Positions 17,486 to 28,043 of a stretch of DNA of 36,056 nucleotides are shown here, piece by piece. Every line of letters begins with the position of its first letter. The first letter of the stretch is position 1. The notes beneath the pieces are model-generated. The model was given only the letters and a program-made list of their open reading frames with translations. It was not told the DNA's origin and ran no database searches. The position numbers were made by a program, and so were the translations under genes. The DNA is taken from the NCBI GenBank assembly GCA_963843795.1, contig CAWJLW010000005.1:62001-98056 (forward strand), written 5' to 3'. Source of the stretch: an uncultured bacterium. Lineage in GTDB: Bacteria > Armatimonadota > Abditibacteriia > Abditibacteriales > Abditibacteriaceae.

Positions 17486-20400
17486 ATGAAAACGAAAATC
17501 AACAAAGTGAGCGGATGGACGACCGGAAGCGTTCTTGTTGCTGCGATGATTGTCGCCCTTTTCCTACTGCCGCGCGGCCAATCGGCACGATTTCAAGTTT
17601 CGCCCCAAAGTTTCTCGTCGCAATTTTCGACCGGCGCACTTCAGCACAGTGCAGCAAAGCAAAAAGTTCCCGATGCTGCGACTCACGCCGAAATTGCGCG
17701 CAAATTCGGTCAATTGCCGCTGAGTTTTGAAGCCAATCGCGGGCAAACGGCCAAGAATATCGATTTCGTAGCGCGCGGTGGTGGCTACACGATGTTTCTT
17801 TCGCCGACCGAGGCCACGCTCTCACTGAAAAAAGCCTCCGCATCCGCAGTTTTGCGCATGAAGTTGCTGGGCGCCAACCCCGAAGCGCGCGCATCGGGCG
17901 CAGAGCAGTTGCCGGGCAAAGTCAATTATTTGCTGGGCAAAGATCGCAAGCATTGGCGCACCGGAATCGAAACCTATCAGCAAGTACTCTACGACGAAAT
18001 TTATCGTGGCATCGACCTGATTTATTATGGCCAGCAGCGCCAGTTGGAATACGATTTCGTAGTCAAGCCGGGCGCTGCGCCGCAAACCATTCAACTCGGT
18101 TTCGGAGGTGCGGAAACTGTACATTTGGACGACAGTGGCGATCTGGTTTTAGGTGCCCGAGGTGGAGAAGTGCGCTGGCATCGTCCGGTCGCTTATCAAA
18201 AGATTAATGGCACGCGCCGTTTGGTGGATGCGCGTTACGAGTTGAGCAAAAAACACGGAAACGAACAGCGCGTGAGTTTTGCAGTTGGCTCTTATGACAA
18301 AACGCGACCTTTAGTTATCGACCCGATTTTGCTGTATTCGACCTATCTCGGCGGCACGGGCAACGATCAGGCGCGCGCCATCTTTCTGGATCATGCGGAT
18401 AATGTGTATCTCGCGGGCGAAACCGATGCGATTAACTTTCCCGGGGCGCAGAACGCTTTGGGTGGCGGGAAAGATGCGTTTATCACCAAATTGAATCCAT
18501 CGGGTTCGCAGGTTTTGTTTTCGACTTACCTGGGCGGCACGGGTGATGATTCTGCCAGCGGACTGTCGCTCGATTTCAACTTGAACATCTGTCTCGCGGG
18601 CGAAACCGCTTCAAGCGATTTTCCCACGCAAAATGCGCAACAAAGTACTTTTGGTGGTGGTGCGAGCGATGGGTTCGTCTCCAGCTTAAATGCAACGGGC
18701 ACCGCGTTGAATTACTCGACCTATCTGGGCGGCACGGCGGCAGATAGCGTTCTCGGTCTGGCACTCGATTTCAACAACAACGTATTGCTGACTGGCCAGA
18801 CTGCATCGACGGATTTCTTTACTTCTTCCGGCGCTTTACAAAGTACTTTTGGTGGCGGCGCTTCCGATGCCTTTGTAACGCAGTTCGACGACACCGGAGC
18901 CGCGTTATATTCAACCTTTCTGGGCGGAGGCGCGGCGGATGTTGGCAACGCCATCACCATCAATAGCAGCGGCACGACAGATGTGGCTGGTTCGACGAGT
19001 TCGACCGATTTCCCCAACAGCTTTTCCGGCGCCTTCCAATCGAGTAACGCTGGCGGCATCGATGCGTTTTTCTCGCGCATTGACGTCACGCAAACGGGTT
19101 TTTCCGGACTGGTGTATTCGACATATTTTGGCGGTAGTGGTGACGATCAGGCTTTGGCTCTTAGTTCCAGCGGCAATAGCTTCATTACTGGTACCACGAC
19201 TTCGACCGATTTACCCCTCGTTAGCACGACATTTCAAGGCGCAAACGCGGGCGGCAGCGATGCCTTTGTGGCCCAATTCAATCCTACGAGTTTCGGCCCG
19301 TCTTCTCTGATTTATACGACGTATCTCGGCGGTAGCGGCAACGATGTCGGGCGCAGCATTCTCATCGGCAGCGGGGGCGTGGCTTACTTGACAGGCGACA
19401 CAACTTCTACCGACTTTCCCACCCAAAACCCACTGCAAGCCGCTCACGCCGCCGATGGTGGATTGCGCGATGCGTTCGCGGCCAAGCTGGATTCGACCGG
19501 CAGCACCTTACAGGCCGGAACTTATTTCGGCGGCAGCGGCGATGATAGCGCGAATGCGCTGGCACTCAGTGGCGGCGACTTTGTGCTGGCAGGAGTCACC
19601 AATTCGGGCAATTTGCCTGTGAGTGCGGGTGCCGCGCAGCCGACGAAAAATAGCGGTAGTGATGCGTTCGTCAGCAAAATTTCTCTGGGCGTTTCGTTTG
19701 TTGTCACCAATCCCAACGATGCCGGAGCTGGTTCACTGCGCCAGGCGATTCTGGATGCCAACCTCAACGCGGGCACAGACACGATTACGTTTGCCATTCC
19801 GGGAACCGGTGTGCAAACCATCACGCTCTCTTCCAGCCTGCCCTCACTTGACGATTCGGTGATTATCGATGGTTACACGCAACCCGGTTCCACTCCCAAC
19901 ACACTGGCCAACGGCACCAATGCGCAAATCTTGGTCGATATCGACGGTAATGGCAGCGTGGGTTTATACGTGGCCGCGCCCGCTTGTAAAATTCGCGGCC
20001 TGGTATTGCGCAACTTTGAAGTGGACAACGCGGCGATTGAATTTGCTGATGTTGTCGAGGGCGGTAACGGCCAGAACAGCCAGATTAGCGGCTGCTTCAT
20101 CGGCACGATGCCCGATGGTGTAACAGCAGGTGTTCCCATTACAGTCACGCCTGGCGATGGCGTTCAAACCAACGGTGCCGATAATATCACAATCGGCGGG
20201 CCAAATCTGGCCGACCGGAATTTGATTTCAGGCAATGCCAACGGTGTGCGACTGATTTCTAATAGCAACACAGTTTTGAATAATTTGATCGGCACGCAGC
20301 GCGACGGCGAAACGGCTTTGTCTAACCAGCAAAACGGTGTTCTGGTGAGCAGCACTGCTTCTAACACTATTGGCAACGCAAATTTTGCACTGGGTAACGT

Positions 20401-23400
20401 GATTGCGGGCAATGCGGCTTTTGGCGTTTATATCCGCCATCCCAACAGCAGCAGTTCGGGCAACACCATCACCAACAATCGCATCGGTGTAAGCGCAACG
20501 GGACAAGCCCTGGGCAATGGCGATGATGGTGTACATTTCGATGGCGAGCGCGGTTCGACGATTAGCGGCAACATCATCGGCGCCAACGGCGGCGATGGCA
20601 TTGAACTTCAAGCCATTGATGTGGATGGCGAGCTTCAGGGTTGCTTTAGCAACGTCATCGCTGGTAACTTCATCGGCAGCGATGCGCAAAACAATAATCT
20701 TGGCAATGCGGACAACGGCGTCAATCTGGGGCTGAAGAGCGCGCAAAACACTGTGGGCCAAAGTGGGGCCAGCGGTTCCAATGTCATCGGCTTCAATGGT
20801 GATAACGGCATTGCGTTAATCGGCGACCCTAACAATGTGGTCGGATTTACGACGATCAAAAACAATTTTGTCGGTATCTCCGCAGATGGCACGACTGCGT
20901 TACCCAACCAGTCGACAGGTATCAGCATTCAGAATGCGACCAGCACTTTTATCGGTGGTTTGGGCAGCAGCGATGGCAACGTGATTTCGGGCAACGGGGG
21001 CAACGGCATCGAATTCACCAACAGCAACTTTGCTGAAATTAAGAGCAATCTTATTGGGACGAACGCCGTTGGCAATGCCATCGTTGGCAATGGCGGCAAC
21101 GGCATCAGCAGCATGGGTTCGACCGATCTCGTCATCGGCGGCACGAATGGACGTAACGTCATCAGCGGCAACGGTGGCAATGGCATCATTCTGCTAGGAA
21201 GTTCCAATAACAATGTGCAGGGCAACTCCATTGGCACTAATACCACCGGCAATGCTGTTCTTGGCAACGGTAGTAATGGAGTTGCAGTGCAAGGTGTCAA
21301 CAACCGTATTGGCGGCACTGGCACAGGAGAAACCAACTTTATTGCTTTTAATGGTGCCACCGGCGTCAGTGTGAGCGTCGGCGGAGCCAGTGCGGGCAAC
21401 GCCATTCGTCGTAACGCAATTTTCGCCAACGGCGCGCTCGGCATCGACGAAGGCGCAGCAGGTGTCACTCCCAACGATACGCCCGATAGCGACGGCGTGC
21501 AGAATTTCCCCGTCATCAGCAGCGCAAGCACTTTGGGCACTAGCACCACTATTACCGGCTCCCTCAGCAGCATACCCAATACCAATTACGAACTCGATTT
21601 CTTCAGAAACACTTCCGCCGATCCTAGCGGTTTCGGCGAAGGACAAACCTTCATTGCCAAACAAGATGTAACGACTGATGCGGCGGGCAACGCCAATTTC
21701 AGCTTCACCACTTCGGCCGTGAGCGCGGGCAGATTCATCACTTCAACTGCAACTTCTCTCAATGAAGGCAGCGACCAAACCGGCGAATTCAGCCGGGCCG
21801 TTCTGGTTACGACGCCGACTTTTTCCATCAACGATGTCAGCATTAGCGAAGGAGACAGCGGCACATCCAACGCGGTTTTCACCGTGACGCTTGCAAACCC
21901 TGGTGCGGGAAGCGCAACGGTGAATTTCTCCACGGCCAACGGCACAGCGACCGCGCCAAACGACTACACAAGTACTTCGGGCACGCTGACCTTTGGCCCT
22001 AACATCACTACTCAAACCATCAGTGTGCCGATTATCGGCGATACAACCGTCGAAGCCAACGAAACTTTCACCGTGCTCTTGAGTGGGGCCACAAATGCCA
22101 CCCTTGGCCGCGCGACTGGCACCGGCACTATCATCAACGATGATGTGCCCACGCTTTCCATCAACAGCGGCAACGTCGATGAAGGCGATAGCGGCATCAC
22201 GAATGCCAATTTTACCGTCACGCTTTCACAACGCAGCCCGCTCACTGTTACCGTCGATTACGCGACCGCAGATGGCAGCGCCACCGCACCGACCGACTAC
22301 CGAAGTACTTCGGGCACGCTTTCTTTCGCGCCCGGTGTAGTGACGCGCACGATTACCGTTCCCATAATTGGCGATACAACCGTTGAGCCAGACGAAGATT
22401 TCGCCGTTAATTTATCCAATCCAGCCAACGCCACCATTGGCCGTGCGCGCGGAATTGGCACGATTGTCAACGATGACACGCCCGCAGCGCCCGCGCTCGC
22501 GCTTTCGGTCGCGCCCACGACAGTTCGCGAAGGCGGCGCAGCAGCAACCGGCACCGTCGCGCGTAACGGCGACACCAGCAATGCGCTCACCGTGCAAATC
22601 AATAACGGCAACCCGCTGCGCGTTTCCACGCCGTCCAACGTGGTTATCGCCGCGGGAAGTATTTCGGCGGATTTCCCCGTGACACCCATCGACAATTCCC
22701 TTGTTGACGGCAACGCGACGGTGGCAATTACCGTGGCCGCAGTCGGTTTCAGCGACGATAGCGCAAATGTAGTGGTGCAGGATGACGATGCGCCCACTTT
22801 AACGCTGACTATCGCTCCAAGTACTTTCAGCGAAGCCGCAGGCACTCGCGCAGCGCGCGGCGATGTGACGCGCAACACACCCGAGAACACGGCTCTTACC
22901 GTAAGGCTGGCGACCAACAATAATGGAAAAGTTCGCGTTCCCGACAGCGTGACAATTCCTGCCGGAAGCCGCGCGACTTCGTTTGTCATCGGCGCAGTCG
23001 ATAATCGGGTGAGCGATGGCGATACCAATGTGCTGATTCGTGCCAGTGCGCCCAATTTCACCAGCAGCACGCAAACGGTGTCGGTCACCGATAACGACAG
23101 CCCACAAAGCAGCGGTAGCAGCGTTGTGAGCAACACCAACGACACGGGAGCCGGTTCGCTGCGCAGCGCGCTTGATTTCGCCAACTCCCGTCCCGGAACC
23201 ACGATTTCGTTCCGCATTGCGCCAACTGATGCCAACTTCCAAAACGGCGTCTGGCAGATTCGCTTACGCCAACCACTGCCGCCCCTTAGCGCTGCTGGAA
23301 CCAATATCGATGGGAACACGCAGACGCGCGCGGCGGGCAACACCAACCGGCGCGGCCCGGAAATTATGCTGGATGGCTCCTTGCTGGCGACATCCAGCGG

Positions 23401-26400
23401 TGGGGGCAGCGATGGCTTGCAAATTCGCGCCGCGCGTTGCGGCATTCGCGGCCTGATTATCAGCGGTTTCGGAGGTAGTGGCGTGGATATCAGCGGCCCC
23501 ACAGCGTTTAATAACACGCTTCAAGGCAATTATATCGGCACCGACCCAACAGGAGCATTCAAAGCGGGCAACGGCACCAGCGTTCTGCAAAGTGCCGGTG
23601 TGCGCATCGCCAATGGCGCGCATGACAACTTGATTGGTGGCGCGGGCACAGCAGCGCGCAACATCATCGCAGGCAACACTTTCGATGGCGTTCTCATTAC
23701 CGGCGCGAGCAGTGATAACAATCGCGTGCAAAGCAATTTTATCGGCACGGTCGCCAATGGCACTTCAGCTTTGGCCAACGGTGCCGCCGGTGTGCATCTC
23801 GATAGCGGCACGCAAAACAACCTCATTGGCGGGCCAAGTCCTTCGGTGCGGAATCTGATTTCCGGCAACACGTTTTCCGGCGTCCTTATCACGGGAAATG
23901 GCACCAGCAATAACATCGTGCAGGGCAATGCCATCGGCACCGATGCAAGCGGCGACGGCGACATTGGTAACCTGCTGCACGGCATTGATGTGCAAGGCGG
24001 GCAAAGCAACGTCATCGGAACCGGAATTAGCACGCTCAGCGCGCGCGCTCCGGCCACGACTAACGGCAACCTTATCGCCTTCAACCGCACTGATGGTGTT
24101 CACGTTGACGATACGGCGCAGGGCGTGTCGATACGCGGCAATCTGATCTTTGAAAACGGTGCGCTGGGCATTAACTTGGCGCGCGAAAACGATCTATCCA
24201 ACGGCGTCACACTCAACGATGCCAACGATGCCGATAGCGGCCCCAACGGGCTGCAAAACTTCCCAGTTCTCAACAGCGTGCAACCGACCAAAACCAGTGC
24301 AGGCGTCGCCACCACGTTACAGGGCACGCTCAACAGCACGCCGAATGAGGATTTCGTCATCGACTTTTATCGTAGCGTGCAGGACGACGATTCCGGTTAT
24401 GGCGAAGGCGGCGTTTATCTGGGCAGCGTCGCGGTGCGCACCGATAGTGCGGGCAATGCCGCTTTTCACTTCAATGCCAGTGGCGATCTGCGTGGCCAGA
24501 TTTTTACGGCGACCGCGACGACCCTGGCCGATGGCAGCACCAGCGAGTTCGGCCCCTCCGCGCTGCAAATCAGCGGATTCGAGCCAAAAAGCGGGCCGGT
24601 TGGTACCCAAGTGACGATTCGTGGCGCAGGCTTTCGCGGCGTGACAGGTGTGTTTTTCAACGGCGTCGCGACTACTTTCAGCAATGATTCGCAGAACGAA
24701 ATCACTGCCGTCGTGCCCGTTGCTGCCACAAGTGGCCCAATTCGTGTGACAACTGCGGACAACCAAACACAAAGCGCAGATAATTTCATCGTCGTGGCTC
24801 GTCCGGCCAACGATGACTTTGAGAACGCGCAAGTACTTGCAGAGCCACGGGGCCGTGTTCGAGGCACTAACATCAATGCGACCGCACAACCGGGCGAACC
24901 GGCGCACGCCGAAAACACAGCAGAGCGTTCGGTTTGGTATCGTTGGACGGCACCAACCGCGGGTCTGGCGATTTTCGATACGCAAGACAGCACGTTCGAC
25001 ACCGTGCTGGCGGTTTACACCGGCAGCGCCGTGAACGCTTTGCAACTCATCGCCGAAGATGATGATGGTGGCATGGCCGACGACAGCCGCGTGCGTTTTA
25101 ACACCGTGGCAGGGCAAACCTATTTCATCGCCGTTGATGGTTACGAAGGCGATATGGGCGCGGTTGCTGTGCGCTGGATGCTGACCGCTCTGCGTCCGCC
25201 CAACGACAACTTTGCGCGCGCACAGGTTTTAAAAGGCGCGCGTGGCAGAACAGACGGCAGTAATCTGGGTGCGACCAAAGAAGCGGGAGAACCCGACCAT
25301 GCGCAAGACACGGGCGGTCATTCCATCTGGTATCGCTGGACATCTCCCGATAATGGAACCGCAACTTTCGGCACGCGCAACAGCGACTTCGACACTCTGC
25401 TGGCGGTTTACGTGGGCGATAGCGTGGATGCGCTGCAATTGGTGGCCGAAAACGACGACGGCGCCGACGCTTTCCATAGCATCGTCAGCTTTGAAGCACG
25501 ACGTGGCCAAACCTATTTCATTGCCATTGATGGTTATGATGGCGATGAAGGCATCGTGACGCTGCAATATGTGCTGGGCAGTGCGGGAGGCGGCACCATT
25601 CGCTGGGCCAGACCGCTCAGCGGCAACTGGAACAATCCCGATAACTGGCTGCCCGCCGACGGACGCAAGCGAGTGCCCGGTCCCGGCGATCTGGCGTTCA
25701 TCGACGTCGACGGTAATTACACTGTCAATCTCGATGTCGATGCCACTGTATCTGGCTTGAATCTAGGCGCGCGTAACGGGCGGCAAGTACTTGCCGTGCG
25801 CAATAACACGCTGACTCTCGATGGACGCAGTCGCGTTGGGCCAAATGGCGCGCTCGATTTGGGCGGCGCTGGCATCAATGTGCAAAGCGATCTGTTCATC
25901 GCCGGATTGATGCGCTGGAGCGCGGGCAAACTGCGCGGCGAAGGCACGCTGCAAGTCGAACGCACCGGCACCATTAATGTCGAAGGCAGTGCCGATAAAT
26001 TGCTTTCGATTAACAATGTGCGCAACTTCGGCACGCTGAACTGGCGCGGCAGCGGTGATATTATCGCGGGCAACGGCACGATTTTCCTCAATTACGGAGT
26101 GTTTTCGATTCTCAACAATGCCGCGCTGCGTTGGGACGGCGTTGGCGATATTCCCTCGGTTTTCAACTACAACGTGTTCTCAAAATCACAATCGAACGGC
26201 GTTACCTTGTTTGGCGGCGTTCAATTGTGGAATCAGGAGCGCGCCTTTTTGCGCAGTGGTATTTTGCGTTTGCGCGGCGGCGGCACCAGTTACGGCACTT
26301 TCGACATCGTCACCGGTTCGCGCCTGGAATTTACTAGCGCGTACTTCTTTGCCAAAGATGCCTCATCGTTTAGCGGCGGTGGCAACGCGGTTTTGATTGA

Positions 26401-28024
26401 TGGCACGTTCACTATTGACACCAGCGGCAAACCGGTGGTGGTTTCCAACTTCCAACTGCAAAATGGTGTGCTGTTTGGTGCCAGCGTGCAGAGTACTTTG
26501 AACGCCGAAGATTTCGATTGGACGGGCGGAGGTATGCGCGGCAAGGGCACGACAAATGTCACCAGCAATTTGAATATGGCGGGCACCAATATCAAAACGC
26601 TATCCGGTCGGTCGTTGAACAATCAGGGCACCGGCAACTGGTCGGGCAGCGGCGACGTGGTGGGCAGCGATGGCGCAGTTTTCTCCAATAACGGCACGCT
26701 CAACACCGGCGACGAACAGGATTTTACTTACGATTCTGGCGATCCCAACTCGTTCAATAACGGCGGCACGCTCAACATCGGCGACGCGGAGGAAGCCGCT
26801 GCGCCCAACCTGCAAAACAATTCCAAAGCCTTGCAAGGCCGCGCAGGAATCGCCTTGCCGACCGGCATTTTCAATATGTTCGGCAGCTATAATCAGGCTG
26901 CTGCCGGCATTTTGAACCTGGACATCGGCGGCACCACACCCGGCGCGACTTATGACCAGCTCAACGTCAACGGCCCGGCGAATTTGAACGGCACACTCAA
27001 CGTGCGTTTGGGTGGCGATTTTACGCCCAAAGATGGCGATGTTTTCCGCGTTGTGGGCTATCAGGCGCGACAGGGCACGTTTAATATCAACATCGCCAAC
27101 CTCCCAGCGGGCATTACGTTGGAGCCGGTTTACACGCCTAATGCTTTGGAACTGCGTGTTTCCAGCGGCACGCCGCCACTGGCTTCATCGAGCATTGCGG
27201 GGCGCATCACGCGATTGAACGGACAGGCTTTCCCGAACGTGCGCGTCGAATTGCGCGATGTCAGCGGCAAAGTTGTCGCGGCGCAAACCGGCGCAAATGG
27301 CGATTATCGCTTTACCGATGTGCCCAACGGCACTTTCACTATCACACCTCAAGCCGCTGGCTTCGAGTGGAATCCACCGACGCGCAGCCTGCAAATCAGC
27401 CAGAGCAGTCAAATCAGTGGTGCCGATTTCATCGGTCTCATCGCGCCATCTATCAGCGGTCGTTTGGTGGATAGCAGCGGCGCGGGCATTTCCAATGTGA
27501 CGATGCGATTGACGCGCTCCGGCGGCGGAGCGGCGCTCACGGCACAAAGCAACCGCAACGGTTTTTACGGCTTTGAAGCATTAGAAGCCGGAACTTATGG
27601 TGTGGTGCCCGCGATGAACACGATGCTGTTCAGTCCGCCATTTTTGCCCGCTTCAATCAGCGCGACCAAAGGCGTTGGCAACGTCAATTTTCTGGGCACG
27701 CCCTTCGGAAACAATGCCCAAATCGCTTCGCTTTCGTCGGTAAAACTGTCCAGTGCCAACGCGAATGGAACTCAAGTAATTCTCCTCTTCACCGGCGCGT
27801 TGGACAACGATTCGGCTTCGGCTGCCGAACATTATTTAGTGGTGGTGAACGACCATGCCCTTGAAATCGAGAGCATCGAATATCGCGCTGCAAAAAACAG
27901 CGTGATTCTCAATTTTGCTGAAAATCGATTGCGCACCGGCGACGTTATTAGCATACGCTGGCAGAATTTGCGCGATGCCAAGCAGCAAGTACTTGCAGGT
28001 GGCACAACGGCACGAGTGCGCTAA
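17486..28024 (+). CDS. Giant multidomain surface/secreted protein (~3510 aa): SBBP beta-propeller, beta-helix repeats, 2 Calx-beta, Ig-like, IPT/TIG, 2 PPC-like, passenger-like helix, carboxypeptidase-regulatory-like, C-terminal Ig-like domain
   Basis: N-terminal hydrophobic segment; PLSFEANRGQ...LEYDFVV...LVIDP; repeated YSTYLGG.G.D; VTN.ND.GAGSLRQAI and N.ISGN repeats; SINDVSISEGDSG..ATA..DY..SGTLTF; ISGFEP.SGPVGTQVTI; P.NDNF..A...GEP.HA...S.WYRWT...FDT.LAVY twice. ATG 17486 follows GAGGA. Confidence 0.9.
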   Translation: MKTKINKVSGWTTGSVLVAAMIVALFLLPRGQSARFQVSPQSFSSQFSTGALQHSAAKQKVPDAATHAEIARKFGQLPLSFEANRGQTAKNIDFVARGGGYTMFLSPTEATLSLKKASASAVLRMKLLGANPEARASGAEQLPGKVNYLLGKDRKHWRTGIETYQQVLYDEIYRGIDLIYYGQQRQLEYDFVVKPGAAPQTIQLGFGGAETVHLDDSGDLVLGARGGEVRWHRPVAYQKINGTRRLVDARYELSKKHGNEQRVSFAVGSYDKTRPLVIDPILLYSTYLGGTGNDQARAIFLDHADNVYLAGETDAINFPGAQNALGGGKDAFITKLNPSGSQVLFSTYLGGTGDDSASGLSLDFNLNICLAGETASSDFPTQNAQQSTFGGGASDGFVSSLNATGTALNYSTYLGGTAADSVLGLALDFNNNVLLTGQTASTDFFTSSGALQSTFGGGASDAFVTQFDDTGAALYSTFLGGGAADVGNAITINSSGTTDVAGSTSSTDFPNSFSGAFQSSNAGGIDAFFSRIDVTQTGFSGLVYSTYFGGSGDDQALALSSSGNSFITGTTTSTDLPLVSTTFQGANAGGSDAFVAQFNPTSFGPSSLIYTTYLGGSGNDVGRSILIGSGGVAYLTGDTTSTDFPTQNPLQAAHAADGGLRDAFAAKLDSTGSTLQAGTYFGGSGDDSANALALSGGDFVLAGVTNSGNLPVSAGAAQPTKNSGSDAFVSKISLGVSFVVTNPNDAGAGSLRQAILDANLNAGTDTITFAIPGTGVQTITLSSSLPSLDDSVIIDGYTQPGSTPNTLANGTNAQILVDIDGNGSVGLYVAAPACKIRGLVLRNFEVDNAAIEFADVVEGGNGQNSQISGCFIGTMPDGVTAGVPITVTPGDGVQTNGADNITIGGPNLADRNLISGNANGVRLISNSNTVLNNLIGTQRDGETALSNQQNGVLVSSTASNTIGNANFALGNVIAGNAAFGVYIRHPNSSSSGNTITNNRIGVSATGQALGNGDDGVHFDGERGSTISGNIIGANGGDGIELQAIDVDGELQGCFSNVIAGNFIGSDAQNNNLGNADNGVNLGLKSAQNTVGQSGASGSNVIGFNGDNGIALIGDPNNVVGFTTIKNNFVGISADGTTALPNQSTGISIQNATSTFIGGLGSSDGNVISGNGGNGIEFTNSNFAEIKSNLIGTNAVGNAIVGNGGNGISSMGSTDLVIGGTNGRNVISGNGGNGIILLGSSNNNVQGNSIGTNTTGNAVLGNGSNGVAVQGVNNRIGGTGTGETNFIAFNGATGVSVSVGGASAGNAIRRNAIFANGALGIDEGAAGVTPNDTPDSDGVQNFPVISSASTLGTSTTITGSLSSIPNTNYELDFFRNTSADPSGFGEGQTFIAKQDVTTDAAGNANFSFTTSAVSAGRFITSTATSLNEGSDQTGEFSRAVLVTTPTFSINDVSISEGDSGTSNAVFTVTLANPGAGSATVNFSTANGTATAPNDYTSTSGTLTFGPNITTQTISVPIIGDTTVEANETFTVLLSGATNATLGRATGTGTIINDDVPTLSINSGNVDEGDSGITNANFTVTLSQRSPLTVTVDYATADGSATAPTDYRSTSGTLSFAPGVVTRTITVPIIGDTTVEPDEDFAVNLSNPANATIGRARGIGTIVNDDTPAAPALALSVAPTTVREGGAAATGTVARNGDTSNALTVQINNGNPLRVSTPSNVVIAAGSISADFPVTPIDNSLVDGNATVAITVAAVGFSDDSANVVVQDDDAPTLTLTIAPSTFSEAAGTRAARGDVTRNTPENTALTVRLATNNNGKVRVPDSVTIPAGSRATSFVIGAVDNRVSDGDTNVLIRASAPNFTSSTQTVSVTDNDSPQSSGSSVVSNTNDTGAGSLRSALDFANSRPGTTISFRIAPTDANFQNGVWQIRLRQPLPPLSAAGTNIDGNTQTRAAGNTNRRGPEIMLDGSLLATSSGGGSDGLQIRAARCGIRGLIISGFGGSGVDISGPTAFNNTLQGNYIGTDPTGAFKAGNGTSVLQSAGVRIANGAHDNLIGGAGTAARNIIAGNTFDGVLITGASSDNNRVQSNFIGTVANGTSALANGAAGVHLDSGTQNNLIGGPSPSVRNLISGNTFSGVLITGNGTSNNIVQGNAIGTDASGDGDIGNLLHGIDVQGGQSNVIGTGISTLSARAPATTNGNLIAFNRTDGVHVDDTAQGVSIRGNLIFENGALGINLARENDLSNGVTLNDANDADSGPNGLQNFPVLNSVQPTKTSAGVATTLQGTLNSTPNEDFVIDFYRSVQDDDSGYGEGGVYLGSVAVRTDSAGNAAFHFNASGDLRGQIFTATATTLADGSTSEFGPSALQISGFEPKSGPVGTQVTIRGAGFRGVTGVFFNGVATTFSNDSQNEITAVVPVAATSGPIRVTTADNQTQSADNFIVVARPANDDFENAQVLAEPRGRVRGTNINATAQPGEPAHAENTAERSVWYRWTAPTAGLAIFDTQDSTFDTVLAVYTGSAVNALQLIAEDDDGGMADDSRVRFNTVAGQTYFIAVDGYEGDMGAVAVRWMLTALRPPNDNFARAQVLKGARGRTDGSNLGATKEAGEPDHAQDTGGHSIWYRWTSPDNGTATFGTRNSDFDTLLAVYVGDSVDALQLVAENDDGADAFHSIVSFEARRGQTYFIAIDGYDGDEGIVTLQYVLGSAGGGTIRWARPLSGNWNNPDNWLPADGRKRVPGPGDLAFIDVDGNYTVNLDVDATVSGLNLGARNGRQVLAVRNNTLTLDGRSRVGPNGALDLGGAGINVQSDLFIAGLMRWSAGKLRGEGTLQVERTGTINVEGSADKLLSINNVRNFGTLNWRGSGDIIAGNGTIFLNYGVFSILNNAALRWDGVGDIPSVFNYNVFSKSQSNGVTLFGGVQLWNQERAFLRSGILRLRGGGTSYGTFDIVTGSRLEFTSAYFFAKDASSFSGGGNAVLIDGTFTIDTSGKPVVVSNFQLQNGVLFGASVQSTLNAEDFDWTGGGMRGKGTTNVTSNLNMAGTNIKTLSGRSLNNQGTGNWSGSGDVVGSDGAVFSNNGTLNTGDEQDFTYDSGDPNSFNNGGTLNIGDAEEAAAPNLQNNSKALQGRAGIALPTGIFNMFGSYNQAAAGILNLDIGGTTPGATYDQLNVNGPANLNGTLNVRLGGDFTPKDGDVFRVVGYQARQGTFNINIANLPAGITLEPVYTPNALELRVSSGTPPLASSSIAGRITRLNGQAFPNVRVELRDVSGKVVAAQTGANGDYRFTDVPNGTFTITPQAAGFEWNPPTRSLQISQSSQISGADFIGLIAPSISGRLVDSSGAGISNVTMRLTRSGGGAALTAQSNRNGFYGFEALEAGTYGVVPAMNTMLFSPPFLPASISATKGVGNVNFLGTPFGNNAQIASLSSVKLSSANANGTQVILLFTGALDNDSASAAEHYLVVVNDHALEIESIEYRAAKNSVILNFAENRLRTGDVISIRWQNLRDAKQQVLAGGTTARVR

Positions 28025-28043
28025 CTCGTTCGTGCTCTGGTTT

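Noticed and set aside
22297..23517. 406-aa antisense ORF and similar long antisense ORFs (20929-21585, 24317-25117, 29661-30479, 14869-15642)
   Set aside because: No recognisable motifs. These are expected shadows of long genes with biased codon usage.
21820..25570. Internal duplications in the giant protein (two Calx-beta, two PPC-like domains)
   Set aside because: Ordinary domain repeats for this protein class. Only the palindrome-related difference at 22300 was kept as evidence.
17486..28024. Autotransporter, or RTX/Rhs toxin, call for the giant protein
   Set aside because: No C-terminal beta-barrel or terminal aromatic residue, no GGxGxDxL nonapeptide series (the GG.G.D motifs belong to SBBP repeats) and no YD repeats.
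27915..28043. Extended N terminus of the WD40-TPR-CHAT ORF
   Set aside because: It overlaps the giant gene by 110 nt and precedes a good signal peptide beginning at ATG 28044/28047.
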